Source of the DNA: a virus
Length of the DNA stretch: 64,000 nt
IMG/VR virus record: IMGVR_UViG_3300010391_000058
Coordinates: 19,490-83,489 of that record
Strand: one strand, 5' to 3'
In this document: in pieces, positions 10,006 to 19,532 of the stretch
Layout of the letters: each line of letters opens with the position of its first letter
Numbering within the stretch: position 1 is the first letter of the stretch
Made by a program: the position numbers and the translations under genes
Notes under the pieces: generated by a model
Database searches by the model: none
Told to the model about the DNA's origin: nothing
What the model saw: the letters and a program-made list of their open reading frames with translations, nothing else

Positions 10006-10062
10006 ATGGCTACTAAGAAAAAAGCTGCAAAGGCCCCGGTAATTCGGGGCTTTCTTTTTTAA
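10006..10062 (+). CDS. 18-aa basic peptide MATKKKAAKAPVIRGFLF overlapping a terminator
   Basis: Promoter-like TATATTGC at 9963, strong A-rich start region; the ORF runs through hairpin GCCCCG-GTAATT-CGGGGC plus T tract. Confidence 0.4.
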   Translation: MATKKKAAKAPVIRGFLF

Positions 10063-10119
10063 ATGATTTGACTTACTTTTGTTTCAAAGCAGGAACCGGC
10101 TAAGCGGTTCAGACATATT

Positions 10120-10614
10120 ATGGCTACTAAACGCAAGCGCAACCCTGCGCCAAAGAAACAATCCATTTCAAAAAAAGTTATTGATCCACCGCATGATGAT
10201 TGCGAAGTAATTTCCAGGTTTGAAGCAACCGGCAAACCTTTTTCAGTGAAGAGAAAACAAGATGGCGTATTATTTTACATTCAAGACAGGGTGTCCAATG
10301 GTACGGCTATGTGCGGATTTATTACAGGGTTTAATTTTTTAGAGGGTAAAACATTTGTTGAACACACTTATTCCGGAGTTGGGATGAACCTTGATTCATT
10401 GGTGAAAGTGCCAACACTGCCATCGAGATTTCAGATCGGTGATAGTGTCGCTATTAAATTCAAAGAATTATCTATTCCGAGAGCTGCTGTAACCAAGGTG
10501 CATTTCAACAATAACAAAGTGTTGTATGATCTGCAGGTATGGTTTGGTGGAGGTACGGGTGCTTCTACCAGGATTCACAATGTAGATTCAGCTATTGTAG
10601 AAAACCCGGAATAA
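10120..10614 (+). CDS. Hypothetical protein with SH3-like C-terminus
   Basis: TACTTTTG promoter-like box upstream; LPSRFQIGDSV...KVLYD pattern. Confidence 0.65.
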   Translation: MATKRKRNPAPKKQSISKKVIDPPHDDCEVISRFEATGKPFSVKRKQDGVLFYIQDRVSNGTAMCGFITGFNFLEGKTFVEHTYSGVGMNLDSLVKVPTLPSRFQIGDSVAIKFKELSIPRAAVTKVHFNNNKVLYDLQVWFGGGTGASTRIHNVDSAIVENPE

Positions 10615-10658
10615 TAAAGATGGTTTTAGGTGTGGGTTCAAGTACCCCGCCACGGTAC

Positions 10659-10685
10659 GGCCCTTGTTTCAACAGGGGCTTTTTT
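10659..10685 (+). terminator. Intrinsic terminator with GTTTCAAC loop region
   Basis: GGCCCTTGTTTCAACAGGGGCTTTTTT. Confidence 0.75.
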
Positions 10686-10712
10686 CATGGTAACGGTTTT
10701 AGTATTATAAGT

Positions 10713-10898
10713 ATGACACAGAAAGAATGGGAAAACTTATTAGTACCCGGAGCCACATTTGAAGCCAGGGAATTGACCAAAGAAGAGGTGAGTGAAATGA
10801 TTAAAGTCATAGAGGAATATGAGCAGGAACAGGAAAGAAGAAGGATATACTTGAATGAACACTGGTGGGAAATAATGAATAGGAGGATAACTATATAA
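10713..10898 (+). CDS. Hypothetical protein
   Basis: Likely start ATG 10713, downstream of the terminator. Confidence 0.5.
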   Translation: MTQKEWENLLVPGATFEARELTKEEVSEMIKVIEEYEQEQERRRIYLNEHWWEIMNRRITI

Positions 10899-10979
10899 AA
10901 AATCAGGAATAATATTTGGATAATTCCGGAAATTTATTTTACCTTTTCACTACCTAATTACCACTTTTAAGTGACACTT

Positions 10980-11324
10980 ATGAAATGGACTAAAATTTTA
11001 CCTCTGATGCTATGCTTTACGCTGGTGTTATGTACGGTAGGAAGATCGGCCCCTGCTGAAAGGGGCAATGATCCCTCTCCGCAAATCAAAAAGTATGTAG
11101 CTGAAAAAAGCTGTTCTGAGATCACTACAATTCAGGTTGCTGCTATCCAGGCGGGAGACTTCCAGGATATACAGATCACAACCGATGCCGGGGAGAAGCC
11201 GGTGGATTGTTTGAAGATCGAAGTGGCAAGCAAAGAAACATACCCGGTGTACCCGGTTGATCTTCGAAGGCGGCTACCTGATATGAGTTACAAAATAAAC
11301 AAGCCCCCGGATCAGTTGGAATAA
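10980..11324 (+). CDS. Secreted hypothetical protein
   Basis: Signal peptide MKWTKILPLMLCFTLVLC; own promoter-like region and terminator. Confidence 0.6.
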   Translation: MKWTKILPLMLCFTLVLCTVGRSAPAERGNDPSPQIKKYVAEKSCSEITTIQVAAIQAGDFQDIQITTDAGEKPVDCLKIEVASKETYPVYPVDLRRRLPDMSYKINKPPDQLE

Positions 11325-11348
11325 ATTTCTTACTAACTCAATTCGTAT

Positions 11349-11384
11349 AAAAAAGCCTTTGTGGATATTTCACAGAGGTTTTTT
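11349..11384. terminator. Bidirectional terminator
   Basis: A6-GCCTTTGTGGA-TAT-TTCACAGAGG-T6. Confidence 0.75.
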
Positions 11385-11452
11385 GTTTGGATACTCCCTA
11401 CATTTACCTCAGAATTTAATGGAATGTTAAGTGTTTCCGCTTAACTGTAAGT

Positions 11453-11489
11453 AAAAAGACAAGCCCGCTGTTTCTACAGGGGGCTTGTC
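11453..11489 (-). terminator. Terminator for the minus-strand gene
   Basis: A5 then GACAAGCCC...GTTTCTAC...GGGCTTGTC. Confidence 0.6.
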
Positions 11490-11520
11490 GCTTGAATAAG
11501 GTCCGTTTTCCCGTGGAACC

Positions 11521-11739
11521 CTATGTATCTTCCTTTTTATCAATTGTTTGCGGATTTTCATCTTCCTGCATTAACTCTTTGAGACGGGCAATGTATTTAT
11601 CAAGCTCTTCCCTTGTTGGGATATATTGGCGCTTTGCTCTGATTGGCATGCCATCCAGCCCGCATGTATGAGGGATGTATTTGCGTGTCTTAACTCCGGC
11701 CCTGGCAAAAGAACATGACTGACAGTAGTTTTTTCTCAT
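11521..11739 (-). CDS. Small CxxC...HxC protein
   Basis: MRKNYCQSC...HTC; has its own terminator. Confidence 0.55.
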   Translation of the reverse strand: MRKNYCQSCSFARAGVKTRKYIPHTCGLDGMPIRAKRQYIPTREELDKYIARLKELMQEDENPQTIDKKEDT

Positions 11740-12174
11740 GTTTATATTTCCAGATTTTTTATACATATAATTTTGATGTGTTGATCTAATATGTATAATG
11801 CATTGAGGTTACAAAAAGTGGAAATTCCCCGCAACCGTTAAACGGGGGTTGTATAGAAAAGAATGTAAAAAGGGAGATTTCCACCAAAAATATGCCCACA
11901 TTATGATAACAATATGGGCTGAAGGAAACAGGGCTATTTTTGAATATCTTGGCATTGAGAAGGGTAACGGATCAACCAGCCGGGAGGCCCTTAAATTGGT
12001 TCCTATTGGTTTTAAGGCTGTTTTTCAGGCCTAAAGGTAAAGGACGGATCAAAGGGGGCCCGGTCCAGGTTGTGTTTGGAAATAGCCCGGAATTGACTAA
12101 AAACCACCGTTTTACAAACTATTTTCAAAAAACCCTAAAAAAATACCACAAAATAACACTTTTAACCGTTTACC

Positions 12175-12186
12175 TTGCTATATTTG
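12175..12186 (+). promoter_or_regulatory. Early promoter, Bacteroidota -7 box TTGCTATATTTG
   Basis: Matches TAnnTTTG; identical 12-mer at 44354 and 46513, each followed by a GGG...CCC leader hairpin. Confidence 0.75.
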
Positions 12187-12236
12187 GATATCATTTAAAG
12201 GGGGCGGCAACCCGGTACAATTCGGCAAACAAAAAA

Positions 12237-12575
12237 ATGACTACTCAAAACTTCGCAACAACTACAGTTACCTGGAAAGTGAATAAAAAGGTAAGCGCCT
12301 TAAAAACATCCCTTGCAAAAGAGCTGCCAGGTATCACAAACGAAACTATTAAAAAACTATTTGGCCGGCTTCCTTCAGGATGTAACCCCCGTGAAAAGTA
12401 CAGCGGTTTTATTACATTAACCAACGATTCAGAACCGGTAAAAGAGGCAAACAGCCCTTTTGAAGGTTCCGGTATATATACCCTATACTGTGCAAATGGT
12501 AAATGGAGGATAGGGGGGTTTTTCAAAAATCAATTTACGGATCAGCTTGCTGAGTATATAAACAGCAATAAATAA
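12237..12575 (+). CDS. Early hypothetical protein
   Basis: True start ATG 12237, downstream of the promoter; AAAACTTCGCA lies in codons 4-7. Confidence 0.7.
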   Translation: MTTQNFATTTVTWKVNKKVSALKTSLAKELPGITNETIKKLFGRLPSGCNPREKYSGFITLTNDSEPVKEANSPFEGSGIYTLYCANGKWRIGGFFKNQFTDQLAEYINSNK

Positions 12576-12604
12576 ATTTCATTCACTTCAAAAACTTCGC
12601 ACAA

Positions 12605-12835
12605 ATGAAAGTCATAAAACAGCCCTTTATCGGGCAACCTACAAACCAGGCAACCGGGTGCAGCGGCATTCAGGCGCTGGTGGAATCCATTTACATTCCA
12701 TACAGGGGCCAATTAATTGAACGGACATTAACCGGGTTTTCAGTAGATGGTGCCCCGGTGGGATCAGTGGAGGCAGCTAAGGAGCTGATAGATGGAAAGC
12801 GGGCATGGCAGGGGAAATCAGTAGTTAACTTTTAA
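12605..12835 (+). CDS. Early hypothetical protein
   Basis: Preceded by AAAACTTCGCACA. Confidence 0.65.
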   Translation: MKVIKQPFIGQPTNQATGCSGIQALVESIYIPYRGQLIERTLTGFSVDGAPVGSVEAAKELIDGKRAWQGKSVVNF

Positions 12836-12845
12836 ACTTCGCAAA

Positions 12846-13229
12846 ATGAAAATAACAGATACAGAAAAAAGAATATTGCAGAACCTACATTTGAAAGGAT
12901 GCACCGGAAAGATGGGATCACTTAATAAGGATCAACGGGGGAAGATATTAAAAGGCCTCCAGGATAAAGGATTGCTGGACAAAAATTGCCGGCCAACGCA
13001 AAAAGGCATTGAAGTTTCAGCCCCCTTTTATGTAGCGACAAATGAAGATAATTATGATGAGTGGGAGGGTGTTGTAATAGATAAGATCGAAGAGTTTTGC
13101 GAAGTAAGCCGGTCCGATGCTCAGGGTATTGTCGAAGCTCAGCCGTTTTACATGCAGCAGTGTTGGGCAAAAGGAATGACCGGCGAAGAGACAGCAAGGT
13201 TTATAGATGCAAGAAGTGTTGTAAAATAA
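12846..13229 (+). CDS. Early hypothetical protein (possible wHTH N-terminus)
   Basis: Preceded by AAACTTCGCA. Confidence 0.65.
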   Translation: MKITDTEKRILQNLHLKGCTGKMGSLNKDQRGKILKGLQDKGLLDKNCRPTQKGIEVSAPFYVATNEDNYDEWEGVVIDKIEEFCEVSRSDAQGIVEAQPFYMQQCWAKGMTGEETARFIDARSVVK

Positions 13230-13254
13230 TTTCGTAACAAATAAATTTTTTTAT

Positions 13255-13728
13255 ATGAATAAGCTTGGAGAAAGAAACTATCTTTTGCTCAGCCAGGGCG
13301 CAAAGACAACCGGCAACTATGTAGAGGCTTTTCACTATGCACAGGAGAGCTTGTATGTTCATGAGGCCGAAACCATTTATGCATTTTGTAAGTGGTGCCA
13401 GGAAGATACAGCAAACAGGTCATGGGGATCAGTTAACTATGAAATGAGATTTAAGCAGTTTTTGGAAGCAACGTTATCCAAAAACAAGTGTATGATATTT
13501 GAAGTTAAGAGAATAGAGCAAACCGTTGAAACCACTTTGATCGAAGCGGATAGCTTGGCAGAGGCAGAAGCTATTGCTGAAAAGGATCATGTATCATTCG
13601 GGAAAAATGAAGTTGTCAGTGCTGAAATTACCGCTGAGGAAGTAAATAAATTTCCAAAGGGCCGGATCATTTACACAGCTACAGGCTACAAAGATGCATC
13701 AGGAAAACAGCATGTTATAACAGGATAA
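13255..13728 (+). CDS. Hypothetical protein
   Basis: ORF track, in operon. Confidence 0.65.
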   Translation: MNKLGERNYLLLSQGAKTTGNYVEAFHYAQESLYVHEAETIYAFCKWCQEDTANRSWGSVNYEMRFKQFLEATLSKNKCMIFEVKRIEQTVETTLIEADSLAEAEAIAEKDHVSFGKNEVVSAEITAEEVNKFPKGRIIYTATGYKDASGKQHVITG

Positions 13729-13737
13729 AAATTTTAT

Positions 13738-14532
13738 ATGTTTAAACCTACAGCGAAAGGATACTTCAGCGGATGCGGCGGCATGGAATTAGGAATGATG
13801 CAGGCCGGTGTAAATATTATTCAGTCGCTTGACCTGGACAAACGGGCCACAGATACAATGATTGCCAACCCCCATTATTTCAATCACCCCATTTTGCACA
13901 AGGACATAAAAGATATAACGGTATTGCAGCAACATAGAAGTGATATCATTATTGGCACTTATCCATGCACTAAGTATTCAACCATTGCAGATATTCACGG
14001 ATGCAGAACCGGTGATGATCTGTTTTTACATTTCTTCAGGCACATTGCAATAGAGCAACCGGAAATGTATGTGGTTGAGAATGTACCAGGGATGAAAAAG
14101 TTTCCTATTGTAATGGAAGCCATGACACGGCTACCACAGTACTACATTAACGTTTTTTGCCCGATGAAAACAACCAATTGGCTACCACAGAAAAGGGACC
14201 GGCTAATTTTGATAGGGACAAAGAAGCCATTTTTTATAATGGAGCCTTCACAGATAGCAAACCGTCCCAGGATCAAAGATCTTATGGAATCAAACCCGGA
14301 TATTAATATACCAAAGAATGTGCTGAGCCGATTGAAGGGTAAATACCGGGACCTCCCGATTATAGTTGATCCTGACCAGCCGGGAGCAATGGCCCCGACA
14401 TGTGTAGCTCATTATGCAAAGGATCAGGGCACACGGTTGGTAAAGGATAAGAAAGGGCATTTTGTAAATGTTCTGAATGTAAGAAGATGGCTTACTATGA
14501 CTTTGTTCCGAACAGTCTCAGTACACCGATAA
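13738..14532 (+). pseudogene. dcm: C5-cytosine DNA methyltransferase, apparently C-terminally truncated
   Basis: Motif I FSGCGG, IV YPC, VI ENV and VIII QKRDR are present. No recognisable motif IX/X (RxxTxRExxRLQG..GN) after KDKKG. Confidence 0.6.
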
Positions 14533-14601
14533 TAACCACTCCATGTTCACATGATTTTAAACAATATTGGAAACATTTTTAAATAATAAAACTTCGCACA
14601 A

Positions 14602-15375
14602 ATGACAAAACAAGATGTATTAAAACAGTGTACCATTGAGGGTAATATAGTTCGCCTTCCAAACATTAAGCTGGACAGAAAACTTTATTTGGAAGTATCT
14701 ACAGCCCTTGGAGGCATAGCCGCTGGAGGGATCGGTGGCACATGGAACCGGCAGTTAAAAGGCTTTGTATTTGAAAAAGGATATGAGGATGAGCTTGCTT
14801 CACTCATGGCCAAAATATCGGGGGGAGAAAAAATAAACCTGCAGCAAGAATTTCAGTTTTTTGAAACACCGGATTTACTTGCTAATTGGCTGGTTGAATT
14901 AGCTGATCCTAAAATGACCGATTTTATACTGGAGCCCTCAGCAGGCCGGGGCGCAATTGTCAGGGCAATATGGAAAAGATTACCGGAAAAGATAATTTTT
15001 GGTTGTGAGATACAGCCATCTAATGTAAAAGCATTGAAGGCCATGGGTCCTTTCTATTCCAATATTACAGAAGATTTTTTGGAATTGGAGCCTTCATTAG
15101 AGTTATTCGATAAGATCATTGCAAACCCGCCTTTCAATAAGAACCAGGATATTGATCACATACAGCACATGTATAAATGCTGCAAACCAGGGGGCCGGAT
15201 CGTTTCAGTTGCAAGCAACCATTGGATGGAAGGGGGCAATAAAAAGGAAGCTGAATTCAGGGCCTGGTTATTCGGATTGAAAGCCAAAGTGCATGATATC
15301 GAAGAGGGAATATTTAAAGACAGCGGCACCATGGTAAGTACATGTGTGATCGTTATTGATAAACCTTTAAAATGA
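14602..15375 (+). CDS. Amino (N6-adenine-type) methyltransferase
   Basis: QFFETP, LEPSAGRG, NPPF motifs. Confidence 0.85.
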   Translation: MTKQDVLKQCTIEGNIVRLPNIKLDRKLYLEVSTALGGIAAGGIGGTWNRQLKGFVFEKGYEDELASLMAKISGGEKINLQQEFQFFETPDLLANWLVELADPKMTDFILEPSAGRGAIVRAIWKRLPEKIIFGCEIQPSNVKALKAMGPFYSNITEDFLELEPSLELFDKIIANPPFNKNQDIDHIQHMYKCCKPGGRIVSVASNHWMEGGNKKEAEFRAWLFGLKAKVHDIEEGIFKDSGTMVSTCVIVIDKPLK

Positions 15376-16016
15376 AAACTACACATTATACTAACGGATA
15401 TGGCGGGAAACTGAATTATGTAACCACTTGTGGTAAGGAAATTCACAGCCACAGCGAAACAGAATCAGCAACTATTGATCCATACAAAGTGACTTGCAAA
15501 GCCTGTAAGAAGTCGTTTGACTTTTTGGAGGATCTTTTACGAAAAGAAAGCGACCTTCCAGGCGTGAAGCGTAGAATATATCTTGAATCAGACGTTTTGC
15601 ATGCTACGGAATTAAGTAGAGCCCAAGATGAAGTTGGAGATTTGTGTTTAGAGAAAGGAGACAAATTTATCAGGCGGGTTTTTTCTGATGTGCTTGAATA
15701 TGCCTGGCATGATCTACCCGGAACATGGGAAGCAGTAAAAAAAGCAGATGAAATTTACTCCGATTCATCTTTGATCCCATTGGTTGGCGGTTCTTATTCA
15801 GGAGCTCCCGTTATTTTCAACGGTATGTGTGAGAGAGCAGTAAAAGAAAATATAAAAGGCAAGGACGTTTATATTCTGAATGAATTGAGTAATATATATT
15901 GGGATATGATTGATATTCCGATGATGAAAAAGGCATTTAAGTATAACAACCTGTTCATGTATAACAAAGAAAGAGAAATGATTAAAGTAGATATTTCCAA
16001 AATAAAAAAGAAATGA
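15372..16016 (+). CDS. Hypothetical protein with N-terminal Zn-finger
   Basis: H..TTCG...VTCKACK. Confidence 0.6.
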   Translation: MKTTHYTNGYGGKLNYVTTCGKEIHSHSETESATIDPYKVTCKACKKSFDFLEDLLRKESDLPGVKRRIYLESDVLHATELSRAQDEVGDLCLEKGDKFIRRVFSDVLEYAWHDLPGTWEAVKKADEIYSDSSLIPLVGGSYSGAPVIFNGMCERAVKENIKGKDVYILNELSNIYWDMIDIPMMKKAFKYNNLFMYNKEREMIKVDISKIKKK

Positions 16017-16017
16017 A

Positions 16018-16302
16018 ATGGCATTAGTAAGCTATGCAAAACAAATGTCTGAATTAGCAATAAAGGGGGCGAAGATTGCTAAGGAAAAAGGTATATTAGG
16101 CCAGTGTGGGAAGATGTGTGATACATGTGCCTTCAAATTGGATCAGAAACATAACCTTGATTACTTATTTGCAGCTGATCAGGCAGCCTTTCAGTTAATG
16201 TCAGAAGGTGAATTTTATTGTCATACACATGATTTCAAATGTGCTGATAAACCCTGTGCCGGCTTCACATTAGCAAAGCTTGTATTTGAAAAAGACGAAT
16301 GA
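16018..16302 (+). CDS. Cys-rich hypothetical protein
   Basis: CDTCAF...FYCH...CAG pattern. Confidence 0.65.
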   Translation: MALVSYAKQMSELAIKGAKIAKEKGILGQCGKMCDTCAFKLDQKHNLDYLFAADQAAFQLMSEGEFYCHTHDFKCADKPCAGFTLAKLVFEKDE

Positions 16303-17153
16303 GTTTAGAGTTAATCAATATGGCAATAGATCAGGGCGCTGTCCTTTACCCGAATGTTTCAGGGGGAAAGGACGGGCAGGCTATGGTAAAAACGATGATG
16401 AACAACGGCATTCCTATTGAAGGCCTTATCCATGCAGACCTTGGCAGGACAGAGTGGAAGGAGAGCATTGGCATGTGTGAAAAGCTTTCCAGGGAGACAG
16501 GGAAGCCGCTGCATGTAGTGAGAAGATCTGATGGCCGGGATATGATTGATCACTGGAGGCACCGGTTGAATCAATTGAAGGGCACCGGGAAACCTTTTTG
16601 GAGTAGTTCACAAAGCCGTTATTGCACCAGCGATATGAAGCGGGACCCTATAGATAAGTTTTACCGGAATTGCGGGCACAATTTTATAGTCAGCTGCGAA
16701 GGGATCAGGGGAGGCGAAAGCAAGCCACGGGCAAAGAAGATACCGTTAACAATTCGGACCAGGATAACGGCCCCGTATTACAAAGGAATGACCGTACAGG
16801 AAGCAATTGCAGCCTATAACCCTAAGCACCGTTTGGCGCTTACCTGGTACCCGATATTTCATTTTAGCCTGGAAGATGTTTTGGCCACATACGGCATGAA
16901 TTCGGCGGCGCTCCAGGTGTACCGGGATATTTACAAAGGGATCGGTAAAGTAATGGGTGGTTGGCCTTTTCATCCGGCATACGTTTATGGTAATAACCGG
17001 GTGAGTTGCGTGTTCTGCATCCTTGGTTGTAATAATGATCTGAAGGTAGGTGCAAAGCACCGGCCAGAGCTATTGAACATGATGATCGAAATGGAAGAGG
17101 AAGGGCAGGCAACTTTCAAAAATAACTTTTCACTCAAAGAATTATTGCAATGA
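16299..17153 (+). CDS. PAPS reductase family (PP-loop) protein
   Basis: VSGGKDG, RYCTSDMK, GIRGGES, RVSCVFC. Confidence 0.85.
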   Translation: MSLELINMAIDQGAVLYPNVSGGKDGQAMVKTMMNNGIPIEGLIHADLGRTEWKESIGMCEKLSRETGKPLHVVRRSDGRDMIDHWRHRLNQLKGTGKPFWSSSQSRYCTSDMKRDPIDKFYRNCGHNFIVSCEGIRGGESKPRAKKIPLTIRTRITAPYYKGMTVQEAIAAYNPKHRLALTWYPIFHFSLEDVLATYGMNSAALQVYRDIYKGIGKVMGGWPFHPAYVYGNNRVSCVFCILGCNNDLKVGAKHRPELLNMMIEMEEEGQATFKNNFSLKELLQ

Positions 17154-17586
17154 AAGATAAGAACCCAAAACCATTGTCAGCAGAAATGCAAAGGGTATTG
17201 GCTATGCTGTCTGAATATGGATGCCTTGTTAGATACAAGGGAGGTTTTTGGCATAAAGAAAATGCTGAAATGGAACCATTATCAGGTGGTGGCCGTTCAC
17301 CCGATGGCGGGCAATACCCTCCAGGATATTGCGGCACACTTACAATTCAGGCTTTATTGAAAAGAGATCTGATAAAGGTTGATGAATCGAAGCCAATAAA
17401 TATGTTTCGGACTTTTCCGGTAAAAGTATCACTTAAAAAAGAAGCGAATGAAAAGAAGGAAAATGATAAGAGCTGAGCGCCAATTTATCAGGGCTGGCAG
17501 AAAGCCATTATTGAGAAGGATAATTTATGAAGAGATAAAATATTGGAGACAGTTTAAAGACGGATTACCATTTTAAAATCAATTTT

Positions 17587-17994
17587 ATGGATATAAAACT
17601 TATACCGATATCGGAACAAGATGGCCGGGCAATTTTTTTCCCGGAAGAATTACCAATAGGTGAATTCATTTCAATGAGGTTGCTTGAAAAGCATACTGAA
17701 AGCGGTAAAACAGCCGTTGCATGGCTTATAGAATTCCCGGAAGAGATTCATGCTAAAAGAGTAATGGTAAAAGCCACGGCTAAAATTGCTGATGGAATGT
17801 TAGGAGCTGTCCGGGGAGCATGCCTAAAGTTTGGCGATTGGGATAACTATAAAGACAAAATGGAATTTGAAAATCAAATGGTAGCCAGTTTTGTTGCTTC
17901 CATGACAGATGAGCAGAGGGTAGAATTGTTTTCGAAATACTGTAAGCACTGCGGCAGTGATGATCCGGGATGCCAGTGTATGAACGATGAATAG
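17587..17994 (+). CDS. Hypothetical protein with Cys-rich tail
   Basis: YCKHCG...CQC. Confidence 0.6.
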   Translation: MDIKLIPISEQDGRAIFFPEELPIGEFISMRLLEKHTESGKTAVAWLIEFPEEIHAKRVMVKATAKIADGMLGAVRGACLKFGDWDNYKDKMEFENQMVASFVASMTDEQRVELFSKYCKHCGSDDPGCQCMNDE

Positions 17995-18205
17995 TATGGA
18001 TGATCAAAAACCTATATTGGATGAGGAACGGAATAAGAAGATCTGTGTTAACCCGGATTGCGGAGTAGTTGTATTAAACCATGATTGGCACGAAAAGCAT
18101 TGCCGGGATTGCGGAACGATATTGGTAAAAATCAATCAAAGGACTTTTGAAAAGAAGTTCACAGGCAACCGGCAGGCTTATTATCTTGAATGTTAAAATC
18201 ACTAT

Positions 18206-18481
18206 ATGACTGAAGAGCAATTAAACCAAGAACGTGCAAAGATCGCTGAAGAGCTGAGAGCCCGGCGAAGGCACCTGAAATTGACACAGCGGGAGCTGGC
18301 TGAGCAGGTTGGCATGCAGGAGGCAACGATCAGTAAAATAGAAAATGGCGCTTTTTGGCCCAATATGAAGCAGTACGTTCTAATATTGAATGCCTTGCGG
18401 TTGGAGCGGTTGGAACCACTATGGCTGCCGGAAAGTTATTTGCCGCAATTACAAAAAAGATATCAAAAAAACATTAAATAG
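18206..18481 (+). CDS. XRE-family HTH regulator
   Basis: LTQRELAEQVGMQEATISKIENG. Confidence 0.9.
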   Translation: MTEEQLNQERAKIAEELRARRRHLKLTQRELAEQVGMQEATISKIENGAFWPNMKQYVLILNALRLERLEPLWLPESYLPQLQKRYQKNIK

Positions 18482-18538
18482 TACTTGGATAATACCACAA
18501 AATAACATTACCTTCAATCTTTCAAAAACTTCGCATGC

Positions 18539-18781
18539 ATGGAAATACCTATTCAAATACTCGATAGCTGGAAGAAATTACGGAGCCATGGTGACGGTAA
18601 AAAGATCGTTAAAGCTAATAGTGGAAAGATTGGTGAAATAGACATTACCAGAGCTTTTAAAAATGGCAAGTGCTCAGATGATGTATTTGAGATCATAGGT
18701 AATTTTTACAAAGAAAAAGAACAACGGGTAGAAAAATATATGCCAGTGGTGGAGGATAAAGAAGAAGGGCCGGATGGCTAA
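18539..18781 (+). CDS. Small putative regulator (Cro-like?)
   Basis: Own promoter-like region after the XRE gene; AAAACTTCGCA before the ATG. Confidence 0.45.
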   Translation: MEIPIQILDSWKKLRSHGDGKKIVKANSGKIGEIDITRAFKNGKCSDDVFEIIGNFYKEKEQRVEKYMPVVEDKEEGPDG

Positions 18782-19532
18782 AATTATAAATGGCGGTTGA
18801 ATTCCGACAGAGCCACAGATAACAATGGCACGTTATTTTGTTCGCATTGAAGCCGGAAGTATACACCTAAGAGCTGCAAAGGTTATAGTAACGTTTATCC
18901 TGCAGTTGTATGCCGACACAAACACAAAGACAGCCTGCCACTGGAAAGACAGTGTACCGGGTGACCGGGGAAACAGGTCACTCCCGCAAGGGATCAAATT
19001 ATAAGTAATGGGTGGAGATAAAATAAAGTTCAGTGAGATACCGGAGGGGGTAAAAAAGCTTCTTTCAAATTTTGAGCTATATGCCGGTGAAAGATACGGG
19101 GATATCATTTTTTCGGAAACCAGGAAACAGGGCATTATTGCTTATCTTAGGAATAAAAAAAAGGTAGATTTGTTAAACGAATTCAATGCAATATTTCCAG
19201 TAAAAGTTAAATAAAAACCTATGGATAAAGAACTACAAATACCCGCTGAAACTTCGATCTTTACGATCATGGCAATAATTATAATCCTTGGGATGATATG
19301 GATTGTTGTTTACTACAAGGCAGTGCATGATAAAAAGAAAATGAGAAAGGAAGTTGATGCCTGGCCTAGTGCGACAACAAAAAGACATGGATTATATTAT
19401 ATAAAGAAATTCCCTTAGGTGGAAGGGAATATGGTGGCTTGTAAGGGGGCCGTGGTTCAGCGGCTCCCTTCTTTAAAATTAAAAAAGAAAACCCCCTGAC
19501 TGCTAATCAGGAGGCTATTTAAAACTTATCAA

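Noticed and set aside
10629-10652. tRNA-like T-loop GGGTTCAAGT...CCA
   Set aside because: No acceptor stem, D arm or anticodon arm could be formed.
11325-12170. Attachment site or integrase at the late/early boundary
   Set aside because: No recombinase gene, host gene or recognisable att core in the window; lifestyle remains undetermined.
11940-12236. N-terminal extension of ORF 11940-12575 and ORF 11849-12034
   Set aside because: They span the promoter and A-tract non-coding region; the real start is ATG 12237.
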